Positions 1 through 8,568 of a stretch of DNA of 64,000 nucleotides are shown here, piece by piece. This DNA is from Streptosporangiaceae bacterium. Lineage in GTDB: Bacteria > Actinomycetota > Actinomycetes > Streptosporangiales > Streptosporangiaceae. The first letter of the stretch is position 1. Each line of letters opens with the position of its first letter. Under the pieces are notes generated by a model, which was given only the letters and a program-made list of their open reading frames with translations, was not told the origin of the DNA and made no database searches. Location of the stretch: contig JASHOL010000528.1 in assembly GCA_030041135.1 (NCBI GenBank), positions 6,720-70,719 on the forward strand. The letters are read 5' to 3'. A program made the translations under genes and the position numbers.

Positions 1-2
1 AC

Positions 3-392
3 GAGTCGTTCGCGGCGACCAACGAGCGCGAAGGATCAGAGATCGGCCGCCAGGTCGTGGGCGCACTACTCGAAGCCGACATCAGGGTCTACTTCGTCAC
101 CCACCAGTTCGACTTCGCCGACAGCTTCCATCGCCAGCGACCCGACTCGGCCCTGTTCCTGCGGGCGCCACGGCAGCCTGACGGCCAGCGCACGTTCAAG
201 CTGATGGTGGCCGAGCCGCTTCCGACCAGCTTCGGGCGGGACATCTACGATCGCATCGGCGGCTGGCTTACCGAGCATCCGCCGGGCCAGTCGCCGGGCC
301 AGTCGCCGGGCCAGCCGCCGGGCCAGCCGGCGGCGCAGTCGGTGGCGCAGTCGGTGGCGCAGTCGGTGGCCGGACCAGAGCAGCCGGGCTGA
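3..392 (+). CDS. MutS-family (domain V-like) ATPase, C-terminal fragment entering from the left edge, with a repetitive tail
   Basis: The frame is open from the window edge: ESFAATNEREGSEIGRQVVGALLEADIRVYFVTHQFDFADSF... The TNErEG and fvTH motifs are typical of the end of the MutS ABC-ATPase core. Stop codon at 390-392. Confidence 0.55.
   Translation, partial: ESFAATNEREGSEIGRQVVGALLEADIRVYFVTHQFDFADSFHRQRPDSALFLRAPRQPDGQRTFKLMVAEPLPTSFGRDIYDRIGGWLTEHPPGQSPGQSPGQPPGQPAAQSVAQSVAQSVAGPEQPG
282..368 (+). repeat. In-frame 12-bp tandem repeats: ccgggccag(t/c)cg x4 (282-329), then gcgcagtcggtg x3 (333-368)
   Basis: Read directly from the sequence. The repeats encode PGQS PGQS PGQP PGQP ... AQSV AQSV AQSV at the C-terminus of the MutS-like ORF. 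Confidence 0.9.
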
Positions 393-402
393 GGGACGCG
401 AC

Positions 403-735
403 ATGGCAGCATCGGCATCGCGGCCACTGCGGCAGCCGGAACGTTTCGGGCGTCTGTGGTGGCTCCCCGGCGATGGCGAGGGCAACGGCCTTGACGACAC
501 CGGCTGGGCTCCCCTCGCCGTCGGCGACATCGCGGTCATCCGCGCCTTGATCGCGGAACTAGCAAGCGCGGGCGTGCCGGCTTTCGCCGCCCCCGTGACA
601 CGCCGTCCGCCCCGGCGCGGGAAACGTTCTGGCGCGGGTCGTTTCCAGCTGTGGGTCGGCACGAGCCGGTACAGCCGCGCCGAGGATGTCCTGCGCGTCA
701 AGCTCCCGGCGCTGCTGAGAACCCCGAGGTCATAG
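403..735 (+). CDS. Hypothetical protein (110 aa)
   Basis: ATG ORF with fairly high third-position G+C. No recognisable motif. Its 3-prime end overlaps the convergent HyfB-like gene by 6 nt. Confidence 0.3.
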   Translation: MAASASRPLRQPERFGRLWWLPGDGEGNGLDDTGWAPLAVGDIAVIRALIAELASAGVPAFAAPVTRRPPRRGKRSGAGRFQLWVGTSRYSRAEDVLRVKLPALLRTPRS

Positions 736-2748
736 GGCGACGATCAGATACGCGAGCAGCACGGCCACGAAGACGTACAGCAGGTACAGGTTGACGTCGC
801 CCGACTGGAGCGGGCGGACGAAGTCGGCCAGCCACTCGACCGAAGCGACCACGGGCCGGTACAGATACCGCTCGAACACGGGCGTGGCCTGCGACTCGTA
901 GTGCACGGGCCCGGACCGGCCCGCCGGGTCATCGGAGGCTCGCTCCAGCGAGACCGACGGCCGGTACAGCGCATCGAAGGTGACCCTGGTCGGCGCCGAG
1001 AACGTCATCGCCGAGTACTGCATGCGCGGCCTGAACGCGAGCATCCCGCCGTCCCACACCGGCACCACGGTCGAGCTGGCCCGCGGCCGGCCTGCCAGGT
1101 AGATAAGAGCGGGCACGACGAGGACGGCGAGCAAGAACACCGTGAGATAGGTCGGCGAGAAGCCGGAGAAGTTCGTGTGCGCCGGGATCACGGTCAGCTT
1201 GCCCGGCAGCAGGACGGGCCGCAGCGCGACTCCGGTCGCCGTGCGGATCGCCGTGGCCAGCCCCACGAGCACGACCGGCGCGCCCACGGCCAGGGCCACG
1301 CACGCGACGGCCAGCAACGCCGGCCCGGCGACCGGCTGGTCCGCCTCAGTGGCCGACGCGGCCTGCCGGGTACGCGGCATGCCGAGGTAGGGGATCCCGT
1401 ATCCGCGGACAAAGGCGTAGATCGCCAGCCCCCCGGTCAGCCCCAGCGTGGCGGCGGCGACCACGATCAGGATGGCCACCAGGTCACTGTGCGTGCGAAA
1501 GCCCTGGAAGAGGCCCTGGAAGATCAGCCACTCACTGACGAAGCCGTTCAGCGGCGGGAGCGCGGCGATGCCAAGTGTGCCGACGAACGCGATCACCCCG
1601 GCCCTCGGCATCGTCCGCGCCAGCCCGCCGAGCCGGTCCATGTCCCTGGTCCCGGTCGCGTGCTCGGTCACGCCGGCCTCCAGGAACAGCAGCGTCTTGT
1701 AGCAGCCATGGTTGAGCACGTGGTACAGCCCGGCCAGCAGCAGGAACGCCCACAGTGCGCGCTGGGAGTAAGCGAGGAAGGTCATCGCGGCACCGAACGC
1801 GGTCACGATGATGCCGATGTTCTCGATCGTCGAGAACGCGAGGAATCGCTTGATGTCCCGTTCCGCCATGGCGTACAAGATCCCGATGGCCGCCGTGAAC
1901 GCGCCCAGCCCCATCGTGACAATCCCGCGCCAGGCCGGGCCGTCGGGCAGCAGCCGGAACGCGAACAGCGCGATCCCGTAGACGCCAAGCTTGACGATCA
2001 GGCCGGACAGGAACGCCGAGCCGTCGGCCGGAGCGACCGGGTGCGCGGCAGGCAGCCACACGTGCAGCGGGACCAGGCCGGCCTTGAACCCGAACCCGGC
2101 CAGCGCAAGCAGGTAGGCGGTGTCGCGCCAGTCGGCGGGGACCCGGTGGGCGCGCGCGGCGATCACGTCGAGCGAAAGAGACCCGGTCTTGGCGGCCAGG
2201 ATGACGAAGGCAGCCACGATCAGCACGAATCCGGTCTCCGACAGAGCCAGGAACCAGAACGCCCCGCTGGCGACCTCACGGCTGCGCGGCTTGTGCAGGA
2301 TCAGCAGATAGCACAGCAGCGCCATTGACTCCCACGAGACCAGGAACGTCGTCACGCCGCCGGCCGCAAGCACGGCGATGCTGGCGATCAGCGCAAGATT
2401 GTAGGCGGCAAGGTACAGGTTTGCCTGCGCCGAAGTTTCCTTGCGGGAACGAGGTGTGTACAGCGCAATCGCCACCGCCACGATGCCGAGCAACGTGGCG
2501 AACACGCCGGCCAGGCTCGTGGCCTGCAGCTGCAGCGAGCCGACCACGGTCGATCCACCCGGCGATACGACCCTGGAGTTGCCGGCCAGCAGCGCGGCGA
2601 TCCCGCCAGCAAGAACGGCGATCCCGCCGATGGCCGACAGTCCGCAACTGCATCGCATCGCGGCGCTGACAGTGCCGGACAAGCCAGCCACGATCGCCGC
2701 GGCCGCCCAGGCGGCCGCGGCGGCACCGAACAGGATCAGGGCGGTCAT
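730..2748 (-). CDS. Ehr1 antiporter-like subunit, HyfB/NuoL family (proton-conducting membrane transporter)
   Basis: The internal ATG at 2748 (MTALILFGAAAAAW...) forms an ATGA overlap with the stop of the upstream small-subunit gene. Polytopic protein with NuoL/HyfB-like blocks (WESMALLCYLLI, GFKAGLVPLHVWLPAAH, FSTIENIGII). The ORF track extends to 2862, but the extra residues are Arg/Gly-rich and unlikely to be coding. Confidence 0.85.
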   Translation of the reverse strand: MTALILFGAAAAAWAAAAIVAGLSGTVSAAMRCSCGLSAIGGIAVLAGGIAALLAGNSRVVSPGGSTVVGSLQLQATSLAGVFATLLGIVAVAIALYTPRSRKETSAQANLYLAAYNLALIASIAVLAAGGVTTFLVSWESMALLCYLLILHKPRSREVASGAFWFLALSETGFVLIVAAFVILAAKTGSLSLDVIAARAHRVPADWRDTAYLLALAGFGFKAGLVPLHVWLPAAHPVAPADGSAFLSGLIVKLGVYGIALFAFRLLPDGPAWRGIVTMGLGAFTAAIGILYAMAERDIKRFLAFSTIENIGIIVTAFGAAMTFLAYSQRALWAFLLLAGLYHVLNHGCYKTLLFLEAGVTEHATGTRDMDRLGGLARTMPRAGVIAFVGTLGIAALPPLNGFVSEWLIFQGLFQGFRTHSDLVAILIVVAAATLGLTGGLAIYAFVRGYGIPYLGMPRTRQAASATEADQPVAGPALLAVACVALAVGAPVVLVGLATAIRTATGVALRPVLLPGKLTVIPAHTNFSGFSPTYLTVFLLAVLVVPALIYLAGRPRASSTVVPVWDGGMLAFRPRMQYSAMTFSAPTRVTFDALYRPSVSLERASDDPAGRSGPVHYESQATPVFERYLYRPVVASVEWLADFVRPLQSGDVNLYLLYVFVAVLLAYLIVAL

Positions 2749-3353
2749 GCCGGGCCGCCGGCGGTAAAGCTGAGGCTCGGTACCTTCTCGGCCAGCCGGT
2801 CCACGGCCACCAGCAGCCCGTGCAGCAGCGCCAGCGGGCTGGGCGGGCAGCCCGGAATCCACACGTCGACCGGCAGCACCTCTTCGGCCGACCCGTGACA
2901 GAAGGCGTCCGGCTGGTACACGCCGCCCAGCGCGCAGGCACCGGTCGCCACGACGATCTTGGGCGCCGGCATCGCGTCGTACGCCTTGCGGGCGGCAGCG
3001 GCGAAGGCCCGGAGCATGGGCCCGGTGACCAGCAGGAGGTCGGCATGCCGTGGCGCCGGCGTAAAGAAGAACCCGAGCCGGTGCAGGTCATAGTGCGGCG
3101 CCGCCAGCAGCCGGATCTCCTGCTCGCATGCCGCACACGAGCCGGTGTCCAGCGTCCGGATATGCAGGCTGCGGCGGAACTGGCTAGCGACGCGGCGGCG
3201 CAGCTCCTCGGCGGCAGCATCCGCACCGCGGCCCGGCGGCTCGCTCACCGTGTCTCCCGCTCGCCTCCGGGCCGCCTCAAGGCGGCGCCTTCCCTCGTCG
3301 CTCGTCCCTCGCTCCTCAGTCCAGGCGCCACCGCGGCCCGGCGGCTCGCTCAC
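2745..3353 (-). CDS. Ehr1 small subunit, HycG/NuoB family, with all four [4Fe-4S] Cys ligands retained
   Basis: Motifs GSCAACEQEI, TGACALGG and IPGCPPSP are present. The GTG start at 3353 overlaps the stop of the upstream gene (GTGA). An identical alternative GTG start context lies at 3248. Confidence 0.85.
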   Translation of the reverse strand: MSEPPGRGGAWTEERGTSDEGRRRLEAARRRAGDTVSEPPGRGADAAAEELRRRVASQFRRSLHIRTLDTGSCAACEQEIRLLAAPHYDLHRLGFFFTPAPRHADLLLVTGPMLRAFAAAARKAYDAMPAPKIVVATGACALGGVYQPDAFCHGSAEEVLPVDVWIPGCPPSPLALLHGLLVAVDRLAEKVPSLSFTAGGPA

Positions 3354-3697
3354 GGGCCAGCCTCCGGATCGTCGATGAGCGGTATCCGCTTGAGCAGCGC
3401 CTGCCTTGTCGTCGTGGCCAGCTCGAACTCGCTGCCCGGCGCGACGGCCTCGGGCGAGTGCTCACGGCACCAGCCGGCGACCGTGCACGCGCCAGCGTCG
3501 AAGACCAGCACGTCTTCCGATCGCGTGAGCGCCCGGCTCGGGCAGACTTGCACCAGGGCATCGGCGGCATGGCGGCTCAGCGCACCGGCGCGGAACGCCG
3601 GCGGGCCCGGCAGGTCGCGTGCGGATGGCTCAGGGCGGGCCGGGTACCGGGTAGTGACCACCCCCCGGCGCAGCCCCCGGATGAACCACTGCGGCAT
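3350..3697 (-). CDS. Ehr1 HycF/NuoI-like ferredoxin-fold subunit, Cys-depleted (3 of the canonical 8 Cys)
   Basis: The N-terminus GLRRGVVTTRYP resembles the HycF N-terminus. VCPSRAL keeps only the last Cys of the first motif. CTVAGWCREHSP replaces CxxCxxCxxxCP. A GAGAAGGGAG Shine-Dalgarno sequence precedes the ATG at 3697. Confidence 0.7.
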   Translation of the reverse strand: MPQWFIRGLRRGVVTTRYPARPEPSARDLPGPPAFRAGALSRHAADALVQVCPSRALTRSEDVLVFDAGACTVAGWCREHSPEAVAPGSEFELATTTRQALLKRIPLIDDPEAGP

Positions 3698-3728
3698 TGC
3701 TGGCGGCTCCCTTCTCTCGTACCTTCGC

Positions 3729-5306
3729 CTAGCGCGCCGTCCCGGCGACGGTCAGCCAGAAGCTGGCCTCGATGATCGGGATGTCGGTGAACACGTTCTG
3801 GGACCGGCACGCGTCGTCGAACCCGCGCCAGTTCCTGACGGCGGCCGGCCGCAGCCGGGCCCGGCTGATCCGGCCGGCCGCATCCAGCTCGACCCAGGCC
3901 AGGGACTCGCCACGCGAGGACTCGGCCCAGCCCAGGCCACAGCGGTGCTGGCCGTCGTCCGACCCGGCACAAACGCCCCCCGTGTCCGCGCTCTCTTTCG
4001 ATCGCACGTCCGCCGGCAACCGGTCACGGCCGCCGGATGCCGCGAGCGCGTCGATGAGTCGGACGGACTCGTCGGCCTCGGCCAGCATCACGCGCATGCG
4101 GGCGAGCGCGTCGCCTGCCGCCTGACTTGCGGCAACGGTCGGCAGCCCGATGTAGGCGCCGGAGGGATGGTCGGCGCGGGCATCGGCGCAGACTCCGCTC
4201 GCCCGCGCGACCGGGCCGACCAGGCCCAGGCGACCTGCTTCCTCGAAGGTCACGGTGCCGGTGGCCTCCAGCCGGTCGAGGAACGAGTTCGTGCTCAGCA
4301 GGGCGTCGCATGCCCGGCGCAGCTCGCCATATGCGGTCGGCAGGCCCTCGCGAAGCCGGACCAGGTCAGGAGTGGTGCGCGCGCCGCCAATCTCGACGAC
4401 TCCGAACAGGTACCGGTGGCCTAGAACCGCCGCGTTGAGCCGCAGCAACTGCTCAAGTGCGATCTCCGCGGCGGCGCGGCCGACGGCCAGGCCGCAGGCC
4501 TGGCACATGGCGGCGATGGCCGCCGCGTGGTTGTACAGACGCTCGAGCTCGAGCGCGATCGCCCTGGTCACCAGGGCCTCCGGCGCAGGTTCTGATCCCA
4601 GCGCGGCTTCGGCGGCGGCGGCGAACGCGCAGCTGTTGCCGACCGCGCCGAGTCCTTCGGCGCGCTCGATGTGAAACAGCGCCTGGTGCGGAGTCTTGCC
4701 CTGTGCCCGCCACTCGACGCCGCGGTGCTTGTGCCAGGTGAACAAGTACAGGTCGACGAGTTCCTCACCGCTGGTCACCAGGCCGTAGTACAGCGATTCG
4801 ACGCCGACCTGGCGGACCGGGCCGAACGGGAACTCGAACGCCTGCCCGCCGACGAGGTGCGGAGCGTGCACGTCCTGCGGCGGCTCCACCGGAGCCCGGC
4901 CCAGCCTGGGCAGCTCGATGTCGGATTGCGGCGGCGTCGCGACCCGGTTCAGCGGCTTGCCGCCAGTCGGCCTGATGCCGAACTGCTCGTAGATCTCGCA
5001 CTCCTCGGCGAAGGCAGCGGGCGCGATGTCCGACAGCGCCGGGTACCAGGGTCCGTCGACCTCAGTCTCGGTAATCAGGTACTGCTGGTCGTGGTCCAGC
5101 GCCCACACCATCCGCAGGATCACCGGGTCGGTGCCGGCCGCGAACAGGTCGGCGAGGCGGGCACCGGGGTGCTGCGCCAGTTCCGCGGTCACCACTTCCA
5201 GTTCGGCCGCGGCTACATCGGTGACCGCGACCGGTCCGGTGTCGATGTCCGCCCGGGTCATGACGGCGGCCCGCGGGCCCGCCGTATCCGGCCTGAGCGC
5301 GGTCAT
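3729..5306 (-). CDS. Ehr1 large subunit, HycE/NuoC-NuoD fusion type, lacking the Ni-Fe Cys ligands
   Basis: The N-terminal NuoC-like part contains ...ECEIYEQFGIRP. The NuoD/HycE-like body contains FPFGPVRQVGVES and WHKHRGVE. ERAEGLGAVGNSCAF occupies the place of the ER.CG.C...H motif. The C-terminus IIEASFWLTVAGTAR occupies the place of DPCxxCxxR. ATGA overlap with the upstream gene. Confidence 0.85.
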   Translation of the reverse strand: MTALRPDTAGPRAAVMTRADIDTGPVAVTDVAAAELEVVTAELAQHPGARLADLFAAGTDPVILRMVWALDHDQQYLITETEVDGPWYPALSDIAPAAFAEECEIYEQFGIRPTGGKPLNRVATPPQSDIELPRLGRAPVEPPQDVHAPHLVGGQAFEFPFGPVRQVGVESLYYGLVTSGEELVDLYLFTWHKHRGVEWRAQGKTPHQALFHIERAEGLGAVGNSCAFAAAAEAALGSEPAPEALVTRAIALELERLYNHAAAIAAMCQACGLAVGRAAAEIALEQLLRLNAAVLGHRYLFGVVEIGGARTTPDLVRLREGLPTAYGELRRACDALLSTNSFLDRLEATGTVTFEEAGRLGLVGPVARASGVCADARADHPSGAYIGLPTVAASQAAGDALARMRVMLAEADESVRLIDALAASGGRDRLPADVRSKESADTGGVCAGSDDGQHRCGLGWAESSRGESLAWVELDAAGRISRARLRPAAVRNWRGFDDACRSQNVFTDIPIIEASFWLTVAGTAR

Positions 5307-6796
5307 CCGAGTACCCCGATCGAGTGCGTGATCACGGTGCTCAGGCCGGCTGGTATCCAGAGGCCGAGCACGAGGAGGGCAGCCAGACCGACGGTGACAG
5401 GGGCTACAGCCGTCAGGCTGGCTGCCCGGCCCTGGTACGGACTGGCCCGGCCCGCTCCGGCCAGCCCGGCCACCGGCTCGCCGGTGGCCATGCCAGTGGT
5501 GGTCCTCGCGAACGCGATGAACGCGACCGCCAGCAGGAACAGGAGCAGCAGCGGCAGCACCGGGCTAGCGCCCGCGAACCCTGCCCTGACGATCGTGAGC
5601 TCGGACAGGAACAGGCCGAACGGCGGCGATCCCAGCACGGCGAAAGAGCCGAGCAGCAATGCTCCGCCGGTCAGCGGAACGGCGGCCAGCAGGCCGCGCA
5701 CCCCCGCCGCCTCCCTGGTGCCGGAGCGCAAGGCGATGTCGCCGCTGGACAAGAACAGCACGGCCTTGGCGATCGCGTGGTTCAGCGTGTGCAGCAGCGC
5801 CCCGTACAGGCCGAGCACGCCGCCGAAGCCGAGCGCCACCGCGATGATGCCCATGTGCTCGACCGAGGAGTAAGCGAAAAGCCTCTTGAAGTTGCCCCTC
5901 CGCACCATGAACAGCACGCCGATCACGATTGACAGGAAGCCGAACACCAGCAGCACGAGGCGGGGAAACTCGGGACCGAGGCCGGCCTTCGCGATCGCCA
6001 GGAACCGGATGATCGCGTACATGCCGGTGTTCAGCAGCGCTGCGGACAGCATCGCGCTGGCCGGGCTCGGCGCCTCCGCGTGCGCGTCCGGCAGCCAGGT
6101 ATGCATCGGTGCCAGCCCGACCTTCGTTCCGTACCCAACGACCGCGAGCAGGAACGCCAGCCGCAGGCTCGCGGGCGCCAGCGAGCGGGCATGCGCGAAC
6201 AGGAACGGCCAGGTCAGCCGCAGGTCAGGCGCGAGGTGGAGGGCGCTGGCGGAGTAGAACAAGAACAGCGTGCCGGCCAGCGCGATCGTCACGCCGAGCG
6301 AGCTGATGATCACGTACTTCCACGCTGCTTCCAGCGAGCTGGCCTTGCCCTCCAGGCCGACAAGCGCGGCGCTGGCCAGCGTGCTGGCCTCGATGAGCAC
6401 GAACAGGAGGCCAAGGTTCCCTGTCTCCAGCGAGGCCAGCATCAGGGCCGCGAACAGCCCGAAGAAGATGAAGTACAGCCGGACCTGGAAGCTCGTCAGC
6501 CGGCCGGCCGCCTCCTCGGCCGACAGGTAGCCGACCGACCCGACGGCGGCCAGCAGGGTCACGGCCGAGACCGTGAACAGGAAGAAGCAGCTGAGCGAAT
6601 CCACGTAGAGGTAGCCGCCGAGACCGCGCACCGGCACGCGGTGCAGCTGAGCCACGAGCAGCCAGACCGCGGCCGCCAGGGTCAGGCTCGCGCCCGCGGC
6701 ACCGCTCCAGCCCGCCACCCGGCCGCGAGCACCGGACGCCGCCGCTACCGTGCCTGCCAGCGGGCCGGCGATGATGATGAACGCCAGGACTGTCAT
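5303..6796 (-). CDS. Ehr1 antiporter-like subunit, HyfF/HycQ/NuoN-M family
   Basis: The internal ATG at 6796 (MTVLAFIIIAG...) forms an ATGA overlap with the HyfE-like stop. NuoN/M-like blocks GTKVGLAPMHTWLPDAHAEAP and YSSVEHMGII are present. The upstream part of the 694-aa track ORF is Arg-rich and likely spurious. Confidence 0.85.
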   Translation of the reverse strand: MTVLAFIIIAGPLAGTVAAASGARGRVAGWSGAAGASLTLAAAVWLLVAQLHRVPVRGLGGYLYVDSLSCFFLFTVSAVTLLAAVGSVGYLSAEEAAGRLTSFQVRLYFIFFGLFAALMLASLETGNLGLLFVLIEASTLASAALVGLEGKASSLEAAWKYVIISSLGVTIALAGTLFLFYSASALHLAPDLRLTWPFLFAHARSLAPASLRLAFLLAVVGYGTKVGLAPMHTWLPDAHAEAPSPASAMLSAALLNTGMYAIIRFLAIAKAGLGPEFPRLVLLVFGFLSIVIGVLFMVRRGNFKRLFAYSSVEHMGIIAVALGFGGVLGLYGALLHTLNHAIAKAVLFLSSGDIALRSGTREAAGVRGLLAAVPLTGGALLLGSFAVLGSPPFGLFLSELTIVRAGFAGASPVLPLLLLFLLAVAFIAFARTTTGMATGEPVAGLAGAGRASPYQGRAASLTAVAPVTVGLAALLVLGLWIPAGLSTVITHSIGVLG

Positions 6797-7467
6797 CCCT
6801 GCAGCTCCCTCAGCTCGGACGAGCTCGCGCTGGCGAGCTGGCGGGTCAGGCCCGAGACGAACACGAGCATGATCAGGACGCCGGCCACGACGTCGAGGAA
6901 GATCCCGGCCTCGACGATGAAGGGGAACGTGGCGACCAGGGTGATCGCGCCGAGGAACACCCCGTTCTCCACGATGAGCCAGCCGATCAGCTGCGCGACC
7001 GTGTGCCGGCGGACCACCATGGCGAGGGCGCCGAGGAGTATCACCGCGGTCGACAGTGGCACGATCGCCGCGGCGACCAGGCCGTGAGGCAGGAGCTGCG
7101 GCCTGGTCACCAGATAGGCGAACGCGGTCAGGCCTCCGCCGGCGATCAGCGAGGTGGACAGGCCGGTGGAGAGCGCGGCATCGCGCTTGAGATCGAGTCG
7201 GCGGATCAGGAGCCTGCGCGCGGCGACCGGAATCGCGATGCCCTTGATCGCGAGCGTCGCCACGGCGAGTATCCAAAGCTCCGCGCGGCCGAACGCGTAA
7301 GCGGCGACGCCGGCGGCGAAGGCCAGCACGACGGACTGAGCGCCGTAGTAGGCGACGTACCGGTTGAACAGCTTGGAGCCCAGGCACGCAAACGCCAGCA
7401 GGAGGATGACCACGCCTGACAGGTCGAGCAGGACGCCGACCGTGCTGGTTGCGGACAGGCTCTGCAC
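6793..7467 (-). CDS. Ehr1 HyfE/HycP-like (NuoK-type) membrane subunit
   Basis: 224-aa polytopic protein in the position and of the size of hydrogenase-4 component E. GTG start lies 3 nt after the HycD-like stop. Confidence 0.8.
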   Translation of the reverse strand: MQSLSATSTVGVLLDLSGVVILLLAFACLGSKLFNRYVAYYGAQSVVLAFAAGVAAYAFGRAELWILAVATLAIKGIAIPVAARRLLIRRLDLKRDAALSTGLSTSLIAGGGLTAFAYLVTRPQLLPHGLVAAAIVPLSTAVILLGALAMVVRRHTVAQLIGWLIVENGVFLGAITLVATFPFIVEAGIFLDVVAGVLIMLVFVSGLTRQLASASSSELRELQG

Positions 7468-7470
7468 GGC

Positions 7471-8424
7471 TCAGGCGCCAATCACGTAGGACGTCGCCAC
7501 GCCGACCAGAGCGAGCAGGAAGGCGGCACCGAGAAACTCAGCGATCCGGAAGAAACGAAGCTTGGCGAACGACGTGTCGATCACGACGATCGCCAGTCCG
7601 CAGAGGGCCAGCTTCCCGGCGAGTGCCGGGATCGCGAGGACGGCACTGGCGAGGTCGGCGCCGTTGCCGAGTCCCCAGGGCAGGACGAACACGTTCATGA
7701 AGATCGAGGACAGCAGGAAGAACTTCATCCAGCTGCCCCACTTCATCAGCGCGTAGGCGCGGCCCGAGTACTCGAGCACGCGGCTCTCCTCGATCATGGA
7801 GATCTCGGTAGTCCCGCCATGGCTGTCGATCGGGATCCGTCCGTTCTCGACCAGCACGATCATGAAGAACGCCAGCAGGCCGAGCACGTGGGTCGGGAGC
7901 ACCAGCGCGTACGGCGAGGCGGATATCGCGTGGTTCATCAGGTACGGGTTGTCCGACGCCGATACCGCGCCCACGGTGAAGAACACGAGGATCAGGGCGG
8001 GCTCGGCCATGCTGCCGATCCAGCTGGCCCGGCTGGCGCCAAGGCCGCCGTAAGGGCTGGCGGTGTCCAGGCCGGCCAGCGAGGTCATAAAGCTGGCGAG
8101 CGCCAGCACGAACGCCCCGCCGATCAGGTCGGCGAGGAACGCCAGCGGCAGCGGGGTGTTGGTGATCACCGGGACGATGACCGAGACCGTCAGGTAGCAG
8201 GCGAACGTGACGAACGGCGTGATCGCAAAGACCCACGACGCCTGGTCGCTGGTGGCGCTGCCCTTGCGCAGGAGCTTGGCCAGGTCGCGGTAGGGTTGCA
8301 GCACGCTCGGGCCGCGCTTGGACTCGACGATCGCCTGCGCCCTGGCCAGCCCGCCGGCATACAGCGGCGCAGCCAGCAACACCACCAGGCTCTGCAGGAC
8401 CTGGGCGACGACAGCAGACAGCAA
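7471..8424 (-). CDS. Ehr1 HycD/HyfC/NuoH-like membrane subunit
   Basis: Contains RGPSVLQPYRDLAKLLRKG and ...IPIDSHGGTTEISMIEES..EYSG, typical of formate hydrogenlyase subunit 4 and NuoH. TTG start at 8424 is preceded by GGAGG with a 5-nt spacer. Confidence 0.85.
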   Translation of the reverse strand: MLSAVVAQVLQSLVVLLAAPLYAGGLARAQAIVESKRGPSVLQPYRDLAKLLRKGSATSDQASWVFAITPFVTFACYLTVSVIVPVITNTPLPLAFLADLIGGAFVLALASFMTSLAGLDTASPYGGLGASRASWIGSMAEPALILVFFTVGAVSASDNPYLMNHAISASPYALVLPTHVLGLLAFFMIVLVENGRIPIDSHGGTTEISMIEESRVLEYSGRAYALMKWGSWMKFFLLSSIFMNVFVLPWGLGNGADLASAVLAIPALAGKLALCGLAIVVIDTSFAKLRFFRIAEFLGAAFLLALVGVATSYVIGA

Positions 8425-8458
8425 AAGACCTCCACCTGGGCGGATCGTCCGTGCAGGT

Positions 8459-8505
8459 AGAGGCCATCAGCCGGGACTCCCCCGGCGTTACGCGAGCCTC
8501 ATCGC
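8459..8505 (-). promoter_or_regulatory. Conserved element copy a: AGAGGCCATCAGC-N20-GCGAGCCTCATCGC (plus-strand reading), 34 nt upstream of the Ehr1 operon start
   Basis: The two boxes are identical in all three copies (8459-8505, 9098-9143, 21615-21662). A TATGCT -10-like hexamer on the minus strand (8518-8523) lies 12 nt upstream of the element. Confidence 0.7.
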
Positions 8506-8568
8506 GTGATCTTCTTCAGCATACACAGCGCTAGGTCAGCGCGGAAGCCGCTATGCCTGGCAGGCCGG

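Noticed and set aside
282-368. Short tandem repeats (here and at 40278-40325) as possible CRISPR arrays.
   Set aside because: The units are 12 and 21 bp, directly abutting with no spacers. One set is in-frame coding sequence. No cas genes are present.
901-4424. Long plus-strand ORFs (901-2328, 475 aa; 2820-4424, 534 aa) antisense to Ehr1 genes.
   Set aside because: The translations are Arg/Gly/Pro/Asp-rich and low-complexity, typical of antisense frames in G+C-rich DNA. The opposite strand encodes recognisable conserved proteins.
8472-8491. A possible DosR/DevR box, suggested by GGGACT in the spacer of element copy a and the USP/hydrogenase-like context.
   Set aside because: Only a single half-site-like hexamer is present, in copy a only. 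No GGGACT-N-AGTCCC palindrome occurs in any copy. The conserved boxes differ from the DosR consensus.
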